From: Nitrosopumilus sp.
GTDB taxonomy: Archaea; Thermoproteota; Nitrososphaeria; Nitrososphaerales; Nitrosopumilaceae
Reading direction: 5' to 3'
DNA length: 64,000 bases
NCBI GenBank assembly: GCA_965204345.1
Contig: OZ241981.1
Coordinates: 800,001-864,000, forward strand
The notes under the pieces were generated by a model. The model was not told the origin of the DNA. It searched no databases and saw only the letters and a list, made by a program, of their open reading frames with translations. A program made the translations under genes and the position numbers. Below are positions 31,968 through 42,512 of the stretch, piece after piece. The first letter of the stretch is position 1. Every line of letters begins with the position of its first letter.

Positions 31968-32651
31968 TCAAAGATCAAATGAGGACTTGAAATTACTGTA
32001 AAAGTTCTTCATATTTGATTTTACAATTGAAATATTCTTGTCAATATCAGATCGGATTTTGGTTGGATTGATATAAGGAATTTTTCGCAATGTTTCTTCT
32101 GTATTATCAAGCCAGAGATTTACCATCTCCTCATTGACCTCCATATGAAATTGTAGTCCAACTGCACTTTTGTATTGAAAAGCCTGGTTTTCATAATACT
32201 CAGATGAGGCCAATTTCACTGCACCGTCTGGCAAATCAAAAGTATCGCCGTGCCAATGAAATACGGTAAATGGATCTTTAAATCCTTGGAACAGTTTGGA
32301 ATTGCCAATAATTTTCAAATCGTGATAGAATCCGATTTCTTGCCTGGTTCCACGATACACATTGGCACCAAAGGTTTTGGCAATTAATTGAGAACCAAGA
32401 CAGATTCCCAGAACGGGGATGTCTTTTTGAACACAGTTTTTGATGAGTTTTTGTTGTGCTTGAAGATAGGGTAAATCATCATTTGCACTCTCAGGGGCGC
32501 CTAAAATTACAACAAGTGAAAAATCCCGATTCGGAAGTTTTTCATGCTTTGCGTTTACTGAAGCAACTTGAAACCCATCAGCATCCAAGAGATTGCCCAG
32601 ATAGCCAGAGCCTTCAATCCTCGTATTTTGTACAAGTAATACATCAGACAT
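31968..32651 (-). CDS. Class I glutamine amidotransferase-like protein
   Basis: GICLGSQ, HWHGD, QFHME triad. Confidence 0.88.
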   Translation of the reverse strand: MSDVLLVQNTRIEGSGYLGNLLDADGFQVASVNAKHEKLPNRDFSLVVILGAPESANDDLPYLQAQQKLIKNCVQKDIPVLGICLGSQLIAKTFGANVYRGTRQEIGFYHDLKIIGNSKLFQGFKDPFTVFHWHGDTFDLPDGAVKLASSEYYENQAFQYKSAVGLQFHMEVNEEMVNLWLDNTEETLRKIPYINPTKIRSDIDKNISIVKSNMKNFYSNFKSSFDL

Positions 32652-32664
32652 TTTTCTTCTTCTT

Positions 32665-32805
32665 CTAAACGTCTTTTCCCGTGGTTACCCACTCAAGGCA
32701 TCTGAGGACGCCCTGATAGTATTTCATGGCATCCATGGATTCAGCCTTGAGCAGTCTTTCCTCAATCTCTTCTCGGTATTTGGCAACTTCAGACTCGGTT
32801 TTCAT
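32665..32805 (-). CDS. Small hypothetical protein (46 aa, not in track)
   Basis: MKTESEVAKYREEIEERLLKAESMDAMKYYQGVLRCLEWVTTGKDV; fills the gap between gdhA and the GATase. Confidence 0.65.
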   Translation of the reverse strand: MKTESEVAKYREEIEERLLKAESMDAMKYYQGVLRCLEWVTTGKDV

Positions 32806-32871
32806 CAGACATACATGAAAGGTTGTAATGAATTAATCTATTGATTCGGCCAAGTTGGAAATTATTGTTAT

Positions 32872-34155
32872 TTATGGCCAAATGCCTTTTTGGTTAAAGG
32901 CCTCTACTACTCTCTCAACTGCCAAAACCATAGTAGCCTTTCTCATATCGATTTTGTGCTTTTTAGTTAGGGCATATGCGTCTCTAAATCCTTTAGTGAT
33001 GTTTGCCTCCATCTTCTTTGCAACCTCATCAAATGTCCAATAGTACCCCATATTGTTTTGGACCCATTCCAGATAGGAGATACAGACGCCGCCAGAGTTT
33101 GCCAGAATATCTGGAATGACCAGAATTTTCTTTTTGAGAATGATAGGATCTGCCTCAGGCAATGTTGGGCCATTTGCAGCTTCTGCAAGGATTTTACACT
33201 GGAGTTTATTTGCAATTTTTGCATTGATTTGATTCTCAAGTGCTGCTGGAACTAGTACATCACATTTTGTTGTAAGCAATTCCTCAGTTGAGATTTTTTT
33301 ACTGCCAGGAAATCCGACAACAGAGCCTTTCTTTTGTTTGTGTGCCAAAATTTCAGAAACCTTGGCGCCTTTTGGAATTGAAATTGAGCCTTTAGAGTCA
33401 CTAACGCCGATTATTTTTGTACCCATCTTTTCAAGATATTCGCCTGCAAATGTTGAGGCATTGCCAAATCCTTGTAAAACCACTTTGGCACCTTTTAGAC
33501 TAATTTTCAAAGTCTTTGCAGCTTCCCTAACTGTATATGCTGCGCCCAATCCGGTTGCCACATTTCGTGCCAGTGAGCCGCCCATCGAGATTGGCTTGCC
33601 GGTAATAACACCGGGAGAATGTTTGTTACCATTGAGTTTGCTAAAAGTATCCATAATCTGAGTCATTTCTCTGCCAGTAGTGTAAACATCAGGGGCCGGA
33701 ATGTCTTTTTGAGGACCAATAATTTCAGAAATTTTGTATGCAAATCCCCTAGTAAGCCTCTCCAGTTCACCGTCGCTTAATTTTTCGGTTTTGGGATTAA
33801 CATAGATTGCACCCTTGCCACCACCAAGAGGAATATCAACAATTGCACACTTCCAGGTCATCCATGAAGAGAGCGCCATGACTTCACGTTCCATGTATTC
33901 AACACCGCCCTCGGGATTAAAGTAGCGAATACCGCCTTTGTATGGGCCCCGGTCATTGTTGTGCTGGCTTCTAAAACCTGTGAAAATTCTAATTTTGCCA
34001 TTATCCATCTTGACTGGGATTTTGACTCTCAAAACCTTGTTTGGCATTGCCAAGTATTGGCGCAATTCTTTGTCTTTAATTCCCAAAATATCACATGCAT
34101 CATTAACCTGTTTTGTTGCATTGGCAAATGGGTCAGACTTAACCAAGATAATCAT
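32872..34155 (-). CDS. gdhA: Glutamate dehydrogenase
   Basis: GPYKGGIR, GGGKG, DIPAPDV, QGFGN, EAANGP. Confidence 0.95.
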   Translation of the reverse strand: MIILVKSDPFANATKQVNDACDILGIKDKELRQYLAMPNKVLRVKIPVKMDNGKIRIFTGFRSQHNNDRGPYKGGIRYFNPEGGVEYMEREVMALSSWMTWKCAIVDIPLGGGKGAIYVNPKTEKLSDGELERLTRGFAYKISEIIGPQKDIPAPDVYTTGREMTQIMDTFSKLNGNKHSPGVITGKPISMGGSLARNVATGLGAAYTVREAAKTLKISLKGAKVVLQGFGNASTFAGEYLEKMGTKIIGVSDSKGSISIPKGAKVSEILAHKQKKGSVVGFPGSKKISTEELLTTKCDVLVPAALENQINAKIANKLQCKILAEAANGPTLPEADPIILKKKILVIPDILANSGGVCISYLEWVQNNMGYYWTFDEVAKKMEANITKGFRDAYALTKKHKIDMRKATMVLAVERVVEAFNQKGIWP

Positions 34156-34217
34156 ACTAGAAGGTATCAGATTATATAAGTTTGGTTGGAAATTTTTGAT
34201 CGCATTTTAAGGAAAAA

Positions 34218-34625
34218 TTACATGTAAACTTTGATATGATTCATTTTTTTATCCAATTTGTCAATGGCCTCCTCAAGGGCCCCAATGTTAATTTCAAGGA
34301 AATTTGACAGGTGAAATATTGCGCCATATTTTTCACCAATTTTGGATACCATGTTGTTTTTTTCAAGGACCTTCATATGATGCTGAGCCGCCTTGTAATC
34401 AATACCGAGCTGTTTTGCCAGTTGATGTGTATTGTATGGCTGTTCCAACAAGTGAATAATTATTCGTAATCGTGTAAATCCGCCCCGTGTACTTGTAAAC
34501 AGGTACAGCAGTAACTTTCTAGTCTGTCTGTCTATCTTTCTTGGCTCTGAAACTTGTTTTGATCGAATGATTTCTCTGAATTCGAGTAGCTGATTGACCA
34601 TATTATCTGAGATAGATAAAACCAA
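34218..34625 (-). CDS. ArsR-family winged-helix regulator
   Basis: TRGGFTRLRII, YNTHQLA, HHMKVLEKNN. Confidence 0.85.
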   Translation of the reverse strand: MVLSISDNMVNQLLEFREIIRSKQVSEPRKIDRQTRKLLLYLFTSTRGGFTRLRIIIHLLEQPYNTHQLAKQLGIDYKAAQHHMKVLEKNNMVSKIGEKYGAIFHLSNFLEINIGALEEAIDKLDKKMNHIKVYM

Positions 34626-34712
34626 TTTTGCTTAAAACCCTATTTCCATATCTCACCCATATTCAGGCATGACAATTACCCTTAAATTGACTGAGAATGG
34701 ACTCGTGATATT

Positions 34713-35438
34713 ATGATGGCATCACGTGGTTATGATATGACTCCTACCATGTATTCCCCGGATGGCAGAATTTACCAGGTAGAATATGCCATTGAGACAG
34801 TAAAAAGAGGAACACTGGCAATAGGCATTGCCACCAAACAGGGAGTAATTATGGCAGTTGAAGAAAAGCCCCGTACTTTGCAGACAAGCGACATTACACA
34901 AAAGATTTTCCAAGTTGATTATCATATAGGAGTGGCTGCAGCAGGATATATTCCGGATGCACGAGTTCAGGTAGACGGTGCAAGATTTTTCTCACAGGGA
35001 AATAGAATGACTTATGATGAGTCAGTAGAGGTTGCAACAGTTGCCAAACATTTGGCAGATCAAGCTCATCAGTTCACACAGTATGGCGGGGTACGCCCAA
35101 ATGGTGTTTCCATGATCATTGCAGGAATTGATCAGAAAGGAGAGTCAATCTATGTGACAGATCCCAGCGGAACATATGTACAGTTTGCAGCAGTTGCAAT
35201 CGGAGCAGGCTCTGATGATGTAAACGGATTTTTAGAAAAGTATTACAAGGATGATCTGAGTTTGGAGGATGCTGCATCCCTGGCCATAGCAGCAATTAAT
35301 CTTAAAGCAGAAGCAAAAGACGGAGTCAAGAACATCAAAATGGCCAAAGTCACATCTGAATCAAAAATCTTTGAAAAGATTTCAGAGGCTGACTTGCAGA
35401 ATTATTCTCAAAATACTTCAAAATTTGCTACAGAATAA
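34713..35438 (+). CDS. psmA: Proteasome subunit alpha
   Basis: GYDMTPTMYSPDGRIYQVEYA, GGVRP, DPSG. Confidence 0.96.
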   Translation: MMASRGYDMTPTMYSPDGRIYQVEYAIETVKRGTLAIGIATKQGVIMAVEEKPRTLQTSDITQKIFQVDYHIGVAAAGYIPDARVQVDGARFFSQGNRMTYDESVEVATVAKHLADQAHQFTQYGGVRPNGVSMIIAGIDQKGESIYVTDPSGTYVQFAAVAIGAGSDDVNGFLEKYYKDDLSLEDAASLAIAAINLKAEAKDGVKNIKMAKVTSESKIFEKISEADLQNYSQNTSKFATE

Positions 35439-35486
35439 ATCGCTGACTTGAAGACTGTTCAGACAAGCATACAATGAGACGGTAAA

Positions 35487-36176
35487 ATGGGTTTAGGAAG
35501 TCATTGGGGAGAAGTAATGGAGGTACTTCGAGAGATTATTCCAATTTATGATAAGGTAAACTCCATTATTTCATTAGGCAAAGACAAGGAACACAGAATT
35601 CGCGGAATTTCACAGAGAGTGCACCCGGGTAACAAGGTTCTAGATGCAGGTTCGGGTTTTGGCAACATGTCAAAAACAGCAATGAAGTTAACAGAGGGTA
35701 AAATTGCAATAACGCTTTATGATCCGCTTGTGCCAATGCTAAAAAATACAAGTAAATTTTTTGAAGAGACACCGGACATGGCAAACGGTGTCTTTGAGCA
35801 CATTCCGTTTCAAGATAACGAGTTTGATGCAGTGCTGTGTGGTTATTCACTAAGGGATGCAATCAATTTGAGAATTGCCATATCTGAGATTCACAGGGTA
35901 TTAAAAAAGGAGGGAAGGTTTGTAATAGTTGATTTGGGAAAGCCAGACAAGGTGTTTTTTAGAGCAGGCGTATCATTTTATCTCAGATGCGTTCTGCCAA
36001 TTCTAGCGTTTGCTGCAGGAGGCAGACTGGGATTAAAGTTTGGGGCACTATATGGCACATACAAAAGATGGCCAAAGAATAAAAGACTAGAAGAGCTAAT
36101 ACTAGAAAAATTCTCAAGGGTAGAATTTGAGAAGGATCTTATGGGCGGTGCGATAATGGTTGCCGCATACAAATGA
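35487..36176 (+). CDS. UbiE/MenG-like SAM-dependent methyltransferase
   Basis: YDKVNSIISLG, VLDAGSGFG, EIHRVLK.EG. Confidence 0.8.
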   Translation: MGLGSHWGEVMEVLREIIPIYDKVNSIISLGKDKEHRIRGISQRVHPGNKVLDAGSGFGNMSKTAMKLTEGKIAITLYDPLVPMLKNTSKFFEETPDMANGVFEHIPFQDNEFDAVLCGYSLRDAINLRIAISEIHRVLKKEGRFVIVDLGKPDKVFFRAGVSFYLRCVLPILAFAAGGRLGLKFGALYGTYKRWPKNKRLEELILEKFSRVEFEKDLMGGAIMVAAYK

Positions 36177-37327
36177 ACCGGGTTCTGATACTAGTCAACA
36201 TCACAGGTCTAATCATAGGAATCTCATACGGGTTACACAATCCAATATTGCCAGTATTTGCAAAAAATGTAATCGGAGCAACATACTCAGAACTTGGAAT
36301 AATTGGACTGGCAAACTTTATTCCATACATGTTCATTCCGCTTTTTGTAGGAATTTTACTTGACAGAATTAACAACGGATATTTGCTAGCTGTTGGTGCG
36401 GCTATCAATTTTGCATCAATCTATCTTTTGTCAATTGCACAGTCAGTGCCGGAGATTATGGGGTTTAGAGTAATTACAGGCGTGGCTCATGCATTTTTCT
36501 GGCCTCCGTGCGAAGCAATTATCTCAAATGAGAGTTCTGAGAAAGACAGAGTAAAAAACATTTCATGGTTTACAATGTTTTTTATAATCGGGTTCATGAT
36601 AGGCCCGCTGCTTGGCACTGCACTGCTTGAAGGCCTAGATACAACGTACAGAACGTTGTTCCAAATTGCCGCATTTATCCTAGCAGCCGCAATAGTCTCT
36701 GCACTTTTAGCATCCAGAAAAAATGTAAAAAAACATCACGAACGATTCTCATTCTCATCAATAACAGAGATGAGGAAATTTCCAGAGGTCATAATATTGC
36801 TAATTTTTTGTACATCAGCCTTTGGAATAATCCTTACAATTTATCCGGCGTTTCTTAATGATAACGGAATGTCTGATACGGATATTTTGTTATTATATTT
36901 TGTTTTTGGGATTTCACGGGTTGTATCGCTTGCGCTTGCAGGAAAATTTGCAAAGAAGACAAGTCAGACTTTGATTGGAGGCACCATTGCAGTGGCAGCA
37001 GGATTGGCAATATCAGTGGTTTCAGATTCAATCATTATGTTTGGAATAGCACTGGTACTGATGGGATTTGGATTTAGCATATTCTTCCCGCTAACTTTGG
37101 AGATTATTTTAAGCAAAACACGAAAAAACATCTCAGGAAAAATGATTGGGGCATACGAGACAGTTTTTGGGATGGGATGGGCCATAGGACCAAGCATTGG
37201 GGGTCCAATTACCCAGTCATTTGGAAATGAGGCTCCATACATTGTCTTTTGTATTGTAGGAATAGGTGTTGCAATATTTGCAATAAGTTCCAGAAAGAGA
37301 TTAGAGCCGCAAAGAACTCAGAGTTGA
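36173..37327 (+). CDS. MFS transporter
   Basis: ~12 TM segments, GILLDRIN. Confidence 0.85.
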   Translation: MNRVLILVNITGLIIGISYGLHNPILPVFAKNVIGATYSELGIIGLANFIPYMFIPLFVGILLDRINNGYLLAVGAAINFASIYLLSIAQSVPEIMGFRVITGVAHAFFWPPCEAIISNESSEKDRVKNISWFTMFFIIGFMIGPLLGTALLEGLDTTYRTLFQIAAFILAAAIVSALLASRKNVKKHHERFSFSSITEMRKFPEVIILLIFCTSAFGIILTIYPAFLNDNGMSDTDILLLYFVFGISRVVSLALAGKFAKKTSQTLIGGTIAVAAGLAISVVSDSIIMFGIALVLMGFGFSIFFPLTLEIILSKTRKNISGKMIGAYETVFGMGWAIGPSIGGPITQSFGNEAPYIVFCIVGIGVAIFAISSRKRLEPQRTQS

Positions 37328-37432
37328 CAGGGAGAAAAGTCAGCGGGATTTGTGTAATTATTTGAATATTATTCAAAAATAGGCGTGAATTTTGAACATT
37401 AAGTTTAATTTCAATTTAAAGAATCCCTGATT

Positions 37433-37789
37433 ATGCTAGATTACTCCCTTAACATTGGAGGCAGTGAATGGATGATTATAATTTTTGTAGCACTTGTTTT
37501 GATTTTGGGAACAGGCAAGCTTCCAGGAGCTGCAAAGAAAATGGGAAAGGCAGTCAGTGAATACAACAAAGCCAAAACTGAAATCCAGCAACAGATGAAA
37601 GAAGTTACAGAAGAGACGCCAAAAATTTCAGGTCCGGTGAAAACGGAACGAGAGAAACTAGAAATGATTGCAAGGACAGCAGGCATAAAGATTGAAGAGC
37701 AGACAGATGAGGAATTAAGAAAAAACATAGCATCTGCAATTGGTCAAAAAAGAGCAGAGGGATCTGACAAAGATGATCAAGTCAAGTAG
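37433..37789 (+). CDS. tatA: Tat translocase TatA/B-family subunit
   Basis: IGGSEWMII...LGTGKLP...GKAVSEYNKA. Confidence 0.8.
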   Translation: MLDYSLNIGGSEWMIIIFVALVLILGTGKLPGAAKKMGKAVSEYNKAKTEIQQQMKEVTEETPKISGPVKTEREKLEMIARTAGIKIEEQTDEELRKNIASAIGQKRAEGSDKDDQVK

Positions 37790-37851
37790 GTCCCAATAAA
37801 ATTGAAATAACATGACAAATAGCGATCTAATGCCATACAGATAATCTTTAA

Positions 37852-38772
37852 TTGATAAAGTTATTTGAATTGTCAGTGGGATTGAGGCTAAATCAGATCA
37901 AGTTAGGGGATAATATCGACGTACTATCACAGCTTGGAGACGAACTAGTAGATTTGACAATAACTTCACCCCCATATAGAAATGCCATTGATTACGGCAT
38001 GCATGCAAAGCATGGCAACAATCCAAAGAAAAATTATCGCGGGAAATTGACACTTACTGTTGAGGAATACATTGAGGATATGACAAAAGTTTTTTCTGAA
38101 GTGTACAGGGTTACAAAGGAGGGAGGATACTGTTGTATAGTAATTGGAAATGAGATCAACAAGGGAACCCTAGAACCGCTGCCTGCCATGCTAACTACGC
38201 AACTGGTAAGAGAAGGATGGGAACTTCATGAAGAGATTGTTTGGCACAAAGTAACAGGAGGAGCAAACAGGGCAGGGAGTTTTGTTCAACACCCATATCC
38301 ATCATATTTTAGAGCAAACATAATGCATGAAAAAATCCTCGTAATGAGAAAAGGAAAAAACAGGCTCAGAAGGATGAACTATGCCTTTAAAAATCTAAAT
38401 CCGGTTGTCTTTAAAGAAATTGCAAACTCAATTTGGCACATTGCCCCCGTTCCCCCCGGATTTTTAGATCACCCATGTCCATACCCAGAGGAGATACCAT
38501 ACAGGCTTGCAAATTTGTATTCATATGAAGGTGATTTGATTTTGGATCCTTTTAATGGGGCTGGACAAACAACAAAAATTGCAAAGTATCTAAAGAGGAA
38601 ATTTTTAGGAATAGATATTCAAAAGACGTATGTAAGTTATGCAAAAAAACGATTAAAAGAAAAACCACACCTAAGGCACGAGTCGCTAATGCTGCAATTA
38701 GATGAAAACAGTACGATACCTACCTGGGTAAAAAAGAACACTTGGGAAACCACAGAGAAACAGCTAAGATAA
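37852..38772 (+). CDS. Orphan beta-class DNA methyltransferase (N4-C/N6-A)
   Basis: TSPPY before LDPFNGAGQT; HPCPYP. Confidence 0.9.
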   Translation: MIKLFELSVGLRLNQIKLGDNIDVLSQLGDELVDLTITSPPYRNAIDYGMHAKHGNNPKKNYRGKLTLTVEEYIEDMTKVFSEVYRVTKEGGYCCIVIGNEINKGTLEPLPAMLTTQLVREGWELHEEIVWHKVTGGANRAGSFVQHPYPSYFRANIMHEKILVMRKGKNRLRRMNYAFKNLNPVVFKEIANSIWHIAPVPPGFLDHPCPYPEEIPYRLANLYSYEGDLILDPFNGAGQTTKIAKYLKRKFLGIDIQKTYVSYAKKRLKEKPHLRHESLMLQLDENSTIPTWVKKNTWETTEKQLR

Positions 38773-38778
38773 CTGCAA

Positions 38779-39000
38779 GTGGATGACAAAAAAACAGCAT
38801 CACAATTTATGAGAATTACCCAAAAAGAAAAAGCAATAAAAATTTTGGTCCAGTATTTCCCAGAAAAGATTTGATGCAAAAGGAATCAACACGATGGCTT
38901 CACAGACATTCTAGTCAGAAAAATCAAGACAGAAACCCTATGAAAGTCCATGACCTTCAAGGTATCAAATGCGTTTAGACAAAATTCCAGCAAGAAATAA
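38779..39000 (+). pseudogene. Possible decayed gene downstream of the MTase
   Basis: GTG-started frame of 74 codons broken by two TGA stops. Confidence 0.3.
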
Positions 39001-39060
39001 TGTAAAATTATAACAATTAATATCAAACAATAAATCACTCAAATTATTTCACTTTAACAA

Positions 39061-41571
39061 ATGAAATTTTCATGTCCCAAATGCAAATCCAAAATAGAAA
39101 TTCAAAAAACATTTAACAAAAAAATGCATGTCTCCTGTGAGAAATGCGGTATTGAAGATCTGCTGGAATTTTCAAAGAACGTAGATGAAGTATTTCTTGA
39201 ATTTTTATCAAGATTTGACAAAGGCCTAGTTACAAAGGGTGGATTGTCTGAGGGGTTAAAAGACGAGGGGATTGTGCGGGGAGAAAAGGAAATCAAAGAG
39301 ATGATCGGGGATAGCAATCCAGATAAAATTACAGAGAAGATTCTATATTCAAAAAAGGACTATATCTCAGAATACAAGGTTTTGAGCAATCCTGAGCCTA
39401 AAATGGGCTGCAAGATAGAGGATTTGGGATTGGATGAGGCAGTAACAGAGCATCTCAAAGAATTGCAGATAAAACAATTTTATAAATTTCAAGAAGAGGC
39501 AATGGAGGAGATTACATTTGGGGAAAATGTGGTAATTGAGGCGCCAACTGCATCTGGAAAGACTGAAGCATTTTTGGTTCCGATAGTTCAGAGAATAAAA
39601 AAAGATGCAGACAAAGGGAGTGTTTTTGCAATTTTTGTATATCCAACCAAGGCATTATCACGTGATCAATATCCAAAAATTCAAAAATTTACAGAAAAGA
39701 TGGGAATCAGCGTTGATGTCTTTGATGGAGACACAAAATTAGAAGAGAGAAGGGAAATTATTGACAAGCCCCCACATATTTTAATTACAAATTTTGACGT
39801 GCTACATTATCACATGTGGCATCAGACAAGATTTTCATCAATGCTGAGATCAGCTAGAATTCTTGTAGCAGATGAGACTCATGTGTATTCAGGGATTTTT
39901 GGAACAAACGTTCATTACATAATAAAAAGACTCAAAAGAATTTGTACCAACAAACTACAATTTGTGGCAGTCTCTGCAACACTTGATGACGCAAAGGAAT
40001 TCTGCCAGCAGCTGTTTGGAGAGAAAATGTTTAAGATCCATGGATCAGGTAAAAAAGGTCAGACAGATTTTGCAATGTTGTTTCCATCACTTAGAACACA
40101 AAGAGCCCTAATGGTAGAATTGACAAAAAAGCTAACCCAAAAAAATCACAAGACAATGGTATTTAGCAACTCGCACCTAAATTCCGAACTACTAGCAATC
40201 CAGGCAAAAAGACAAAAGGTAGACATCAAGGTCCACAGGGCTGGACTGATGGCAAATTATAGGACATCAGTTGAGAGGCAATTCAAAAATGACAGTTTGC
40301 AAGCAATTTCTTGCACACCTACGCTTGAATTGGGCATAGATGTGGGCAATGTTGACTGTGTAATATCATCTACCATTCCGGTAAATAGGCTGACTCAGAG
40401 AATTGGAAGGGCTGCAAGAAAAGGACAAAGGGGTTATGCGTTTTTAGTATTAGGAAATGATCCGATATCACAATATTACAAAAATCATCCTGATGATTAT
40501 TTTGAGGATATTGAAAAGACATACATCGATCCCAAAAATCCATTTGTGGAGAATTTTCAGATATTGGCCATGGCATGTGACAAGCCAATATCAAGACATG
40601 AATTAAAAGAACACCAAGAAATAATCAAACATCACATCATAAATGAAAATCTAAAAGTATCAAGCAACAGGATAATTCCAAATTTTGACAAAATCAATTC
40701 CATGTTAAATGACTATAGCATTAGGGGAATAGGAAGATCAGTAGATATCTTCTTGGATGGAAAAAAAGTCGGAGACAGGGTATTGCCCATTGCATTAGAG
40801 GAACTACACAAAGATGCGATATATTTTCTGGCAGGCAATCGTTACAAGGTAAAGGAATTTGATTATCCAAAGAATAGTTATGCAAGATTGGAAAGAATTC
40901 CAAAGGATTATCCATACTATACAAAATCTTTGACAGAAGAGTGGCCAACAATTGAGACTGTTCTTGAGAAGAGAAAAGCAAACGGAATGGAAATTGCGTT
41001 TTGTAAACTGCATATTGAAAAAAAAGTGTACGGTTATGCAAATATGGAGTTGGGGCAAGAAATTTCACAAGGAGAAAAAATTCAGCTGGATACCCCATTA
41101 AAATATGATTTTGTCACAAAGGGCATCGTATTTCATTCGCCAAGACCGCTCAAAATAATGGAAGAATCCGAAGATCAAGAATACACAGAGGCAAGCGGAT
41201 ATCATGCTACAGAACATGTCGTAATTGAGGGCAGCAACATGATTACAGGAGGAGTATCTCAAGATCTTGGAGGCATATCATTGGGTACATCGGGTCTGAT
41301 TTTCATTTATGATGGTGCAATTGGAGGGAGTGGTGCCAGCAAGGCACTTTATGACAGATTTGAAAAGGCACTGGAACGAAGCATGTTTATTGTAAAAGAA
41401 TGCCCCTGCAAAAATGAATCAGGATGTCCCAGATGTACATTCTCATACAGATGTGGGAACAATAATGAATACCTGCACAAGCATTCAGCATTGGAGATCT
41501 TGGAGAGAATTAACGCAGGTGAAAAAACACAACTAATAGATCCCATAGAAGGGGACAGGCCTCTGGTATGA
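39061..41571 (+). CDS. DEAD/DEAH helicase with C-terminal Cys cluster (Hrq1/SftH/MrfA, DUF1998)
   Basis: PTASGKT, YPTKAL, DETH, TLELGIDVG, QRIGRAAR, CPC..GCPRC; N-terminal Zn ribbon. Confidence 0.9.
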   Translation: MKFSCPKCKSKIEIQKTFNKKMHVSCEKCGIEDLLEFSKNVDEVFLEFLSRFDKGLVTKGGLSEGLKDEGIVRGEKEIKEMIGDSNPDKITEKILYSKKDYISEYKVLSNPEPKMGCKIEDLGLDEAVTEHLKELQIKQFYKFQEEAMEEITFGENVVIEAPTASGKTEAFLVPIVQRIKKDADKGSVFAIFVYPTKALSRDQYPKIQKFTEKMGISVDVFDGDTKLEERREIIDKPPHILITNFDVLHYHMWHQTRFSSMLRSARILVADETHVYSGIFGTNVHYIIKRLKRICTNKLQFVAVSATLDDAKEFCQQLFGEKMFKIHGSGKKGQTDFAMLFPSLRTQRALMVELTKKLTQKNHKTMVFSNSHLNSELLAIQAKRQKVDIKVHRAGLMANYRTSVERQFKNDSLQAISCTPTLELGIDVGNVDCVISSTIPVNRLTQRIGRAARKGQRGYAFLVLGNDPISQYYKNHPDDYFEDIEKTYIDPKNPFVENFQILAMACDKPISRHELKEHQEIIKHHIINENLKVSSNRIIPNFDKINSMLNDYSIRGIGRSVDIFLDGKKVGDRVLPIALEELHKDAIYFLAGNRYKVKEFDYPKNSYARLERIPKDYPYYTKSLTEEWPTIETVLEKRKANGMEIAFCKLHIEKKVYGYANMELGQEISQGEKIQLDTPLKYDFVTKGIVFHSPRPLKIMEESEDQEYTEASGYHATEHVVIEGSNMITGGVSQDLGGISLGTSGLIFIYDGAIGGSGASKALYDRFEKALERSMFIVKECPCKNESGCPRCTFSYRCGNNNEYLHKHSALEILERINAGEKTQLIDPIEGDRPLV

Positions 41572-41613
41572 CAAATCAAAATGGGATAAATATAACAAAA
41601 ATCAAACAAAAAC

Positions 41614-42444
41614 ATGCAAAGCGTAGCTCTTGTAACAGGCAGTTCCTCAGGAATTGGACTGGAAACAGCATTGTCATTGGCAAGGGATGGATATCAAACT
41701 TTTGCAAGTATGCGAGATCTCAGCAAGTCAGAAGAATTAGAGAATGCGGCAAAAAAAGAGGGACTTGAAATCAGAATAGTAGAGCTAGATGTAGACAAGG
41801 AAGAATCAATCGTTTCAGCCATTGGGAAAATAAATTCAGAGGTAGGAAGAATTGATGTTTTGGTAAATAATGCAGGATATGGGCAGTTTGGATGTACTGA
41901 AGACGTTTCAGTGGATGAATTTAGAAAACAGTTTGAGACAAATTTTTTTAGCATTGTAAAAATTATTCAAGAAATAGCTCCAATTATGAGAAAACAAAAA
42001 TCCGGAATAATAGTAAACGTTAGTTCCGTTGTAGGCAGAATGGGATTGCCTGGATCTTCGGCCTATATTAGTACAAAATTTGCACTAGAAGGACTAAGTG
42101 AATGCTTGAGATATGAGCTGGGTCAGTTTGGAATTAAAACAACATTGATTGAGCCGGGAGTTATCAAGACAAATTTTTTCAATTCAATGAAAATTCCCGA
42201 ATCAAAAACAGATCCAAAATACAAAGAATTGACAGATAACATCCTAGCAGGTCTTAAGATGATGGTAGAGATGGGAACCGCACCCTCGCAGGTTGCAGAT
42301 GTAATCTTAAAGGCAATTCACGATAAAGAGATCTTGCCAAGATATGTTGTTGGAACGGATGCAACAATGTTCATGGAGGCAAAAAAGATGAAAACAGACC
42401 TAGAATTTGAGAAATACATGAGTAAAGAGCTGTTTCAGAGCTGA
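41614..42444 (+). CDS. Short-chain dehydrogenase/reductase
   Basis: TGSSSGIG, NNAGYG, YISTK. Confidence 0.92.
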   Translation: MQSVALVTGSSSGIGLETALSLARDGYQTFASMRDLSKSEELENAAKKEGLEIRIVELDVDKEESIVSAIGKINSEVGRIDVLVNNAGYGQFGCTEDVSVDEFRKQFETNFFSIVKIIQEIAPIMRKQKSGIIVNVSSVVGRMGLPGSSAYISTKFALEGLSECLRYELGQFGIKTTLIEPGVIKTNFFNSMKIPESKTDPKYKELTDNILAGLKMMVEMGTAPSQVADVILKAIHDKEILPRYVVGTDATMFMEAKKMKTDLEFEKYMSKELFQS

Positions 42445-42512
42445 CATTGTACTTTTACGTTAAATTGATATACAGATAGAATAAAGTTTTCATCAAAGTC
42501 CGCAATTTTAGA

